Positions 56,707 through 64,000 of a stretch of 64,000 nucleotides of DNA are shown here, in pieces. Source of the DNA: Paramecium tetraurelia (lineage: Eukaryota); contig CT867986.1 in assembly GCA_000165425.1 (NCBI GenBank), forward strand, positions 372,001 through 436,000, in the 5' to 3' direction. The translations under genes were made by a program, and so were the position numbers. Position 1 is the stretch's first letter; the number at the start of each line of letters is the position of its first letter. The notes under the pieces are model-generated. The model saw only the letters and a program-made list of their open reading frames with translations. It had not been told where the DNA came from and ran no database searches.

Positions 56707-58728
56707 ATGTTTCAGTCATCTCTATCTCACAAAAAATTGAAGCAAATAGACATTAGAAAAAATCATCACTATTATCTTAATGCCCCTTATTAAATTAGTG
56801 TCCTAACTCCTGAGTAACAAAAATTCGAACAATAGAATGAGTCCGTCAATTCATAATAATCATATTAAAATAATAGTTATACTCAATATACTGAAGATCT
56901 TTATTTTAGAAAACATTCAAAATTATTTAGAGATCTCAGAAGCACATCAAATTAGAATAATAATAATTAATTAAATAATATAAATCAGTCATTCATATTT
57001 AGAATTAAGTCAAAAAATCATCTATAAGAGGAACCTTTAATCCTGGATAATTTGGGTCAAAGAGACAAAGACAAAAAGACAAAAGATTTGGTTAAAGTAT
57101 TGCATGAAATGAAAAAAAAAAGATAGAAATATATTTAGAAAGAATAATTTATTCCAAGATCCCCTATTCCATTACTGAAAAGATAAAATTGTATTTACTT
57201 AGATGAACCTCAAGTTGAAAAGCTCGCCAATCATATTAAAACTCTTCCCATCATTAATAAAAGAGAACCTGGATTAAATAATGCATAATAAAATGATACA
57301 TAATCTAATTTTTAAAAGTTAACTAATCATGGAAATTTAGAAGAATAATTTTAATCTAAGCTTATCAGTCTTTAATAGTTTATATTTTAACTTCAATGCA
57401 ATTATTTACTTTATGTAAAATAATCTTAAGTTAGATAATAGACATACTTCATTGAAGAAATAAACTAAAATGATCAAATTATTATGTAATTAATGAAAAA
57501 GAGATGGTGGTGGTGTGAATCTCTTGAAAAATCAGAGGATGTATAATTTTATTGGTCTCAAAAATTGAATTAGTAAATTCTATAGAAATAACAAACTCAT
57601 GCGTTATTTGATATTACCAAAAAAAGAGTTATTAATCCACAAATTATAAATAATCATGAAGAATTCTTAAAATTTGCTCAAGAATAAAAATTGACATTTA
57701 TTTAATAAAATAGTAGAATTCATAATCACTTAGATCTATATTAAATATTTAATTTGAAAAAGAATTTACTAAAATTTATTAATAAATATTAGACACTCGC
57801 AAATGAAGAGCTCCAACAATTCTTTCCATATTCGATTAATGTTGCTAATATTTAAGATCCATAATTCAATATATACTAAATTAAATACAAACTCACTAAT
57901 TCATTATGGCTAGTAAAACCTGGAGAGTAACTCAATAATCATTCTTAGATAAAGCTATGCTAAAACACAAAGTAAGTTTCTGATTTTATTACTTCTGAAC
58001 TAAAAAATTCAAACAGAGTGGTTGATTCTTTCATAATCTAATAATATATTAAGCCATTTTTATATCAAAAAAGAAAGTTTGATATTTGTGCTTATATCCT
58101 TATAACCTCTTTTAATGGAATTGTTAGAGTATACTTTTATGATGAAGTGATTGGAAGGACAAGCAGCAAGGAATATTCAGACAATGATTTAGATCCTTTA
58201 ACTCATTTTACTAATAGTCAAATCCAAAAAGAGTGCAAGTCCTTTTCATTATATGAGTCAGGAAATAAATTATCCACTGAGAAATTATAAGAATTTTTTA
58301 AATAATTTAAGATAAATTTTAGGGAGATAATGATCTCCAAATTCAAAAGGATAGCTACAAATATATTTAAGTCTATGTTTACATAAATGGTTTTAAGGGA
58401 CTACAATTTCGAAGTATAAAATATTTCTATTAAGATTGTAGGTTTAAATTTTATTGTAGATACAGCACTAAAACCATGGTTGATTGATGCCAATTTAAAT
58501 CCATCCTTAATTCCTGATTGTCCCTTTCACTAAAAGTTCTTAACTTAATTATTGGACAGTGTATTTTAATATACCTTAGATTTACTTCATCCTCCTCCAT
58601 TAAATTGGCCTTAAAACAAAAAATAATTAATTGAAAATTTTACTATACAAGATAGGTTTTCTGTCATCTTTGATTCTAGATTCGATTCAGAAATACTCTT
58701 AGAATTATATTAAAAAGATATAAATTGA
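56707..58728 (+). CDS. tubulin-tyrosine-ligase-like (TTLL) protein with degenerate catalytic motifs
   Basis: KRWWW, HNH, WLVKPGE, IIQQYIKPFLY.KRKFDI, HFTN..IQK, ESGNK and KPWLIDANLNPS. Confidence 0.85.
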
Positions 58729-58928
58729 ATTGAATAATTATTTACATATTTTGCATATTATATCGAGTATGAATGCTCACATTTTAATCAATGAAAAAAT
58801 ATGGGCGAGAATAAAGGGAAAGTACCACTTTTGATAAAATAGTCAACTAAAAGTTATATAAATTTTATTAAACGAATCATCAAAGAGTATAAAATTATAT
58901 TCATATTCAAAATTAAGGGTTCCTCTTA

Positions 58929-59465
58929 TCATTTCCATTAATTTAAGGCCATCCGAACATTTGCTTAGACCAAATTAAATTTTACGCTTTTTCCACTTGC
59001 AACACTGCTACTTCTAGAATTGTTATCTGAAAATGACGACTCCAAAGTTTACTTTTTCAAAATTCCTTTAACACAATTTTATTTTGACCCTATTTTTGAA
59101 CTGTAAGAAGATGAGTTCGATTCTAGAACATTGTTTTTACTTACACATTATTCAGATACCTTGATATTTTTCTTTATTTATTGTCTAATCTAAGTATCGA
59201 TTTAGAGCTCACTTAATAATTTTTCGCAGGTGCCACCTCTTTATTCAGTTTCATGTGTTTTATTGTCCTAAGTATTCTTAGTAGGACGGTGTATCTCTGA
59301 TTTATGATGATTTTGTCTCCTTTTTATTAACTTAAACTTTTATTCCACAGAATCTTTTGTTTTTATTGAAAGATTATTTATCAATTTAAAAGAATCATAT
59401 TGTCTTGAGGGAGATGTGTCATTACCGTTTAAGTCGTCCTCTATTTACTTAATAGATATATTCAT
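58929..59465 (-). CDS. small protein with C-terminal GILK + RVxF motifs
   Basis: 178-aa intronless ORF; ...VKGILKKQTLESSFSDNNSRSSSVASGKSVKFNLV...WK*. Confidence 0.7.
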
Positions 59466-59513
59466 TTGCTATTTATATTGGATTATAAATTATATTTAAT
59501 TTAAAGTATTATA

Positions 59514-60023
59514 TCAATTTTTAATCTCTTTTTTACTCTCAAGCCCAAGTTAATTGTAATGCTGTCGAATTCTCTTTAAATTTATAATCATTTTATTTTT
59601 ATCACCCAAATTTTATTGTATGCCCTCTTCTAAATCATTCAAACAAATGTCTTGCAACTACTTCTAGACACTATCAGTTGTTTAAACGTCATCATCTCTA
59701 TCGTAAGCTTCCTGAAGCTTGTCAGAAAATTACTTACTTATTCCTACCTCTTCATCATCATAAACAACAAATTCAACATAATTATCATTATCTGGTTTCA
59801 TTAATTTCAATATTTCACACTTCTTCTTATTACTTATAGTTTCAATTGTCAATATGCTATTTCTGATTTTACCATTATAATTTTGCTTATCAATACTCAA
59901 GAATTAAGGATTTTCATTTTCTTTGTTTTCTATGAATTTTTATGCACTCTAGCTTTATCTGGAGAAAAATTAAAGAGTATCTCTTTTATTTTCAGAGATA
60001 TTTTTTTTTGATTATGAAGCCAT
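59514..60023 (-). CDS. hypothetical protein with acidic region (169 aa)
   Basis: ATG at 60023 to TGA at 59514, with no in-frame TGA between. Confidence 0.6.
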
Positions 60024-60331
60024 TTTTTAATTCTTAAATAAAAATTATAAAATTAACAAATTCAATATACAAACTTTTTAGTTTACAAAATATAACTTAA
60101 ATTTTACTTTATTTGATTAACTTAGTTTATAATGGTATTCTAATACACTATTACGATTAATATTGAATTATTCTTAAATAATACAAATGAATTCTTTTTT
60201 AGTCTTAAATGGAACTAAAAGTGAGAATTCTAAGAACTTTAAAAAGGGTATTTATGTAATTTTATATTTTTTGCATTAAACAAGTAATAATAAGAATTTG
60301 TTGTTGTGAATGATAATAAAAAATCAGTAAA

Positions 60332-63300
60332 TCAAGAACTTTATTAATTAAATTTATTAGTCAATGCAGGACTTAGAGGTAATAATCTTGGTGAAAGTAA
60401 TAAGGATTTTCTTGATAATGTTGATCTATCCTTTTAAATTAAAATTTCACCAACCTTCCTTTCCTTCTTTCCTCGATCTTCTGTTCGATGAAAGCTTGCA
60501 TATTTTGGTGTATTTTATGATTGTTTATCCAAATTTATCATATTATCTTAAACTATATTATTATTTGTTATCGATTTAGTTAATTCTATATATTTATTTC
60601 CTGTTATAATGTGCCATGATTACATAGTCTCTAAATTTTTTTCAATTTATACTAATTATCTCTAATGAATAACCTTAATCTACACATAATCTATACATTT
60701 TAAATTAATTGGATTATAATTTGGATGTAGTATGATAGATTTTCATAATTTGAATCATTCTTGATTCCATTCATATAGAATCTTGAATAAGCATTTTACA
60801 GTGATGCAATAAATCCTATTTTGAAAAAAAGAGTTGATATCAGAGCAGAATGTGCTTAATTAAGTAATAAGTTTAAAAACCTTGAAAATAAATAAATTAA
60901 TGAATACATAAAGAAATTTCTTTAAAAGGTGTTGTTTGAATCGCTATCGAAAAACCAGATCACCAATATGTGTAAAACACTTTCATTTAAGTATTTAATA
61001 ATTAGTTTTTCAATTTGATCGCTGTAAGTTAATTGGAACAACTATAAGCCTGTGTTTAGAGTTGTCATTAACAAAGTTTTCTTAAATTTGTGTTTTGTTG
61101 AAATAAGGAAATTAGGATTTTTGTGCATTTCAAAAATAATTTTACAAAGATATTCAATTGAATTTAAAAAGCTGTTGCAGAGATCCATTTAACTATCAGT
61201 AAGAGATTTTATTTCCAACACATTTTCGAAAATATAATTAATGAAAACTCCGCATTCATCTGATAGATTGGAATCGTAAGGCTAATTTTCCAAAATGTTT
61301 AGCATATATATCTAAAAATATCTATCAAACAAATTTTAATTTAAGAAGCATTTAGACATGCTAGATATATCTAATTTACTTAAAGCTGATTTAACTTTAT
61401 CATTATTTTATTTTAAATATTGCATTATTGATTTAGTTGCTTCATGCATTAGCCTTATACCTTTTTAATAGTATTTATAATCTATCTACAATTATTCTAG
61501 CTAATTTTCATACTAGGTATTTTTTAATTGATGTTTTATAAACTTGGATAAATAGTCTTAAGTCCTTGAACTAGAAAAATCCATCATTAGTAAAATTTCC
61601 TTCAAGTTCTATGTCTAAATTTGGATTAGTGATATAAAAATATCGATTTTTATTGTTATCTAATAAAAGCTTGTAGAATAGGGTTTCTTCTATTGAATCA
61701 TAGACTTTAAGTTTAAGCATGTGATTCCCAAATAAGGTGATTCCACTAGTTAAGTTGGAGAAGATTATAAAGAATTAGATTAAGTTAACTTAGATATTCC
61801 TTTTGATTAACTTTTTCTTGTGTTAATAATAATATTATTTTTAGTTCTTGTACTTCTGGTTGGTGCTGGTGATTCTATAGATTTAGTTAATATAATTTAT
61901 TCCTATTCGATTATTTCAATTTATGGTGGGATATACGATTTTCTCATTTTAGAATTTTTTAGATCCATGAAATATTATTTTGTCGAAGTATTATTCTTTC
62001 TTTCTTATATAAATTGATTTAAATTATCTAAATCTCTGTTATCAAATTCATTAGCTGAAATGTATTCATAAATCTCTTTGTTTAATTACCAATTGAATTA
62101 ATTTGTTGTATAATACAATTCAGGGGTTTTACCTGATTGCAGCACACCCAAAAAGTTAGTCAATAGTTGTTTATCTTCAGTGTTTATTGATGAGGAATTA
62201 ATTTGCTTTTAATCATATTATGAAAGGGTCTTAAGTATTGATAAAATACTAATTGTAGCCTCAGTTTTAGTATGTTTATCTGTAATATTCATATTTACAC
62301 CTTCCTTAGAAACCAATGAGACTATAAACTTGAACCATTCAGTTCTACATAAATATTTCCAAAGCTATTCCTAGAAGAAATACCCTAATTAATAATAGTC
62401 TATCTTAATATTAATGATACCTAGATATCATATATAAATACTCTCTAAAATTTAGGTTATCATAGAATTATAGATGTAGAGGCTCAATGAAAAATAAAGA
62501 TTTAAATCTACTATTTATACTACACTTAACTTTGGTTGTCTCATTAATGTAACTTCAATGAGTTTTGCAACATGATTAAGATTCATATTATGGTTTTAAT
62601 CATTAATAAATTCATAAACTCCATTAACTAAACGATCTAAATATTATTTTACAGATTTGAATGACATTTTATTTAACAAATTCATCAAAAAATTAAAAGT
62701 TGTCCTCCTTAATCAAAACTTAAAGGGCCTTATATGAACGTATGGTTTCTTCTTGCTTCAAAGATTTTCCAATCAATTTATAATAAGTAGGATCATCATT
62801 TTACATATTTACAGTAGAGTATTGAGCCTAATATTATGTTGGTATTTACCCATATTTTATGGAGTTCCACTTTTTCAGGTTAAGTAATGAATTTTAGAAT
62901 TTCATCAAAATTTTCTGGTTTATTGAAAATCTCCTCTCTCTCAAGTATGTCATATGTGTTAGTTTCACAAAGCCATTTTTAAATTTAGATATCAATTTTC
63001 TCCTCTTGACTATCATCACTATCATAGTTTAAGGGATCATCAATCACTTAAAAAGTTATTTTAGAGTTTTTCTCTTGAGCGAAATCGGGTAATTTACTTG
63101 GACTTAATACATGATTTTATAAAAAGACTAATTTATAATTAGTTAATTACATTAGTCTATCTCTTCATAATATGTAGCTACCCATTAGCGATTTCCAAAA
63201 ATATCATTTTTACATTCGTCAAATATAGATATAATTTTTAATCTAAATTCTTGATCTTTTGTATTGATAATTAATATTTTGAATATCCTTGCCATCTTTT

Positions 63301-63808
63301 CTAAGTCCATTTTTAATTCGTTTGCCTATAAAAATAATTGTTTTAAGTATCGAGTACTAAACTTTTTGGCCATCAGTAATTTTTCTATTACTGCTTTTGC
63401 AAAAGACACATTTTGTGAACTCTTTCGTGAATCTACAGATGTATTTTACCTAGGATTATCAATTTTATTACATATTTGTAAGTCGTGATGATTTAAGAGA
63501 GAGTGATCTTTAACTTAATAGAGCTCTTTGTTCTTAGAGTTAAGCCACTTCAGAGCAAGCTTAGTGAAATGCAGAAATAAATTATCCATCCTTAAATCTA
63601 TCAAAGAGAATTGAAATAAGTAATTCCACACTGTGTTGTTAAAATGGATAAGCGCATATTACTTAGAATACTTTATTATATATATACATAACTTCAATGT
63701 CGAAATGTCTTTAAATTGTTTTTAATTAGGTAAAATCTGTGTGATCTCTTTTATTGCTATTGATAATTTCTATAATCTTATATATTCATCGTCTTCATTC
63801 AGCTACAT
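60332..63808 (-). CDS. large helical-repeat protein, possibly SAPS-like (PP6/Sit4 regulatory subunit family)
   Basis: Long code-6 frame. EILKFIT, RSYK, LVIWFF...NNTFQ and GFIASL loosely resemble SAPS blocks (pattern memory only). Confidence 0.45.
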
Positions 63809-63907
63809 TTGAATCAATAATTACAGCATGTTCTAAGTGCATTAGACAGGATTTATATTTGTGATTAAAATTATATATTATTATAATCAACAAATCTATC
63901 TACCAAA

Positions 63908-64000
63908 TCAAATTAATTTCCTTTAAGTTAATTCTGCCCTAGATGTTTGAACCCCTGGGTTAGTATTGGGTTCGCTTGTTTTTCTAAAATTACAAGATGC
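63908..64000 (-). CDS. 3' end of a gene extending beyond the window
   Basis: Open frame ...ASCNFRKTSEPNTNPGVQTSRAELTQRKLI*. Confidence 0.4.

Overview
AT-rich, gene-dense ciliate DNA, most consistent with a Paramecium macronuclear chromosome (inferred). Coding regions read through TAA/TAG as Gln and end at TGA. They carry ~21-33 nt GT..AG introns and are often separated by only 13-60 bp. The supplied standard-code ORF track therefore fragments almost every gene, so I re-translated by eye with genetic code 6; CDS coordinates span introns. About 40 protein genes and one tRNA-Asn(GTT) are supported. Recognisable genes include a RING-H2 protein, a double-FHA protein, CDPK, p24, Cwc2, neuroguidin/Lcp5, Cwc15, GID8, a class-3 lipase, Cdh1/Fzr, CFAP65, a WD40 protein, COX5B, a class I HDAC, Dpy-30, proteasome alpha6, fimbrin, a HUN-domain protein, a Kelch protein, a Rab, a PP2C-like protein, Pet191/COA5, a NOXRED1-like protein, a TTLL-like protein and a SAPS-like protein. 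The most notable signal is three dissimilar small 'hypothetical' proteins that all carry a C-terminal [SG]ILK...RVxF PP1-docking cassette, two of them with N-terminal acylation motifs. Other points of interest are two intact pseudoenzymes (TTLL, PP2C), a WW-Cwc2-RGG fusion, a Rab with splice/frame lesions, and a pair of convergent CDSs that overlap. I saw no telomeric repeats, transposons or CRISPR arrays.
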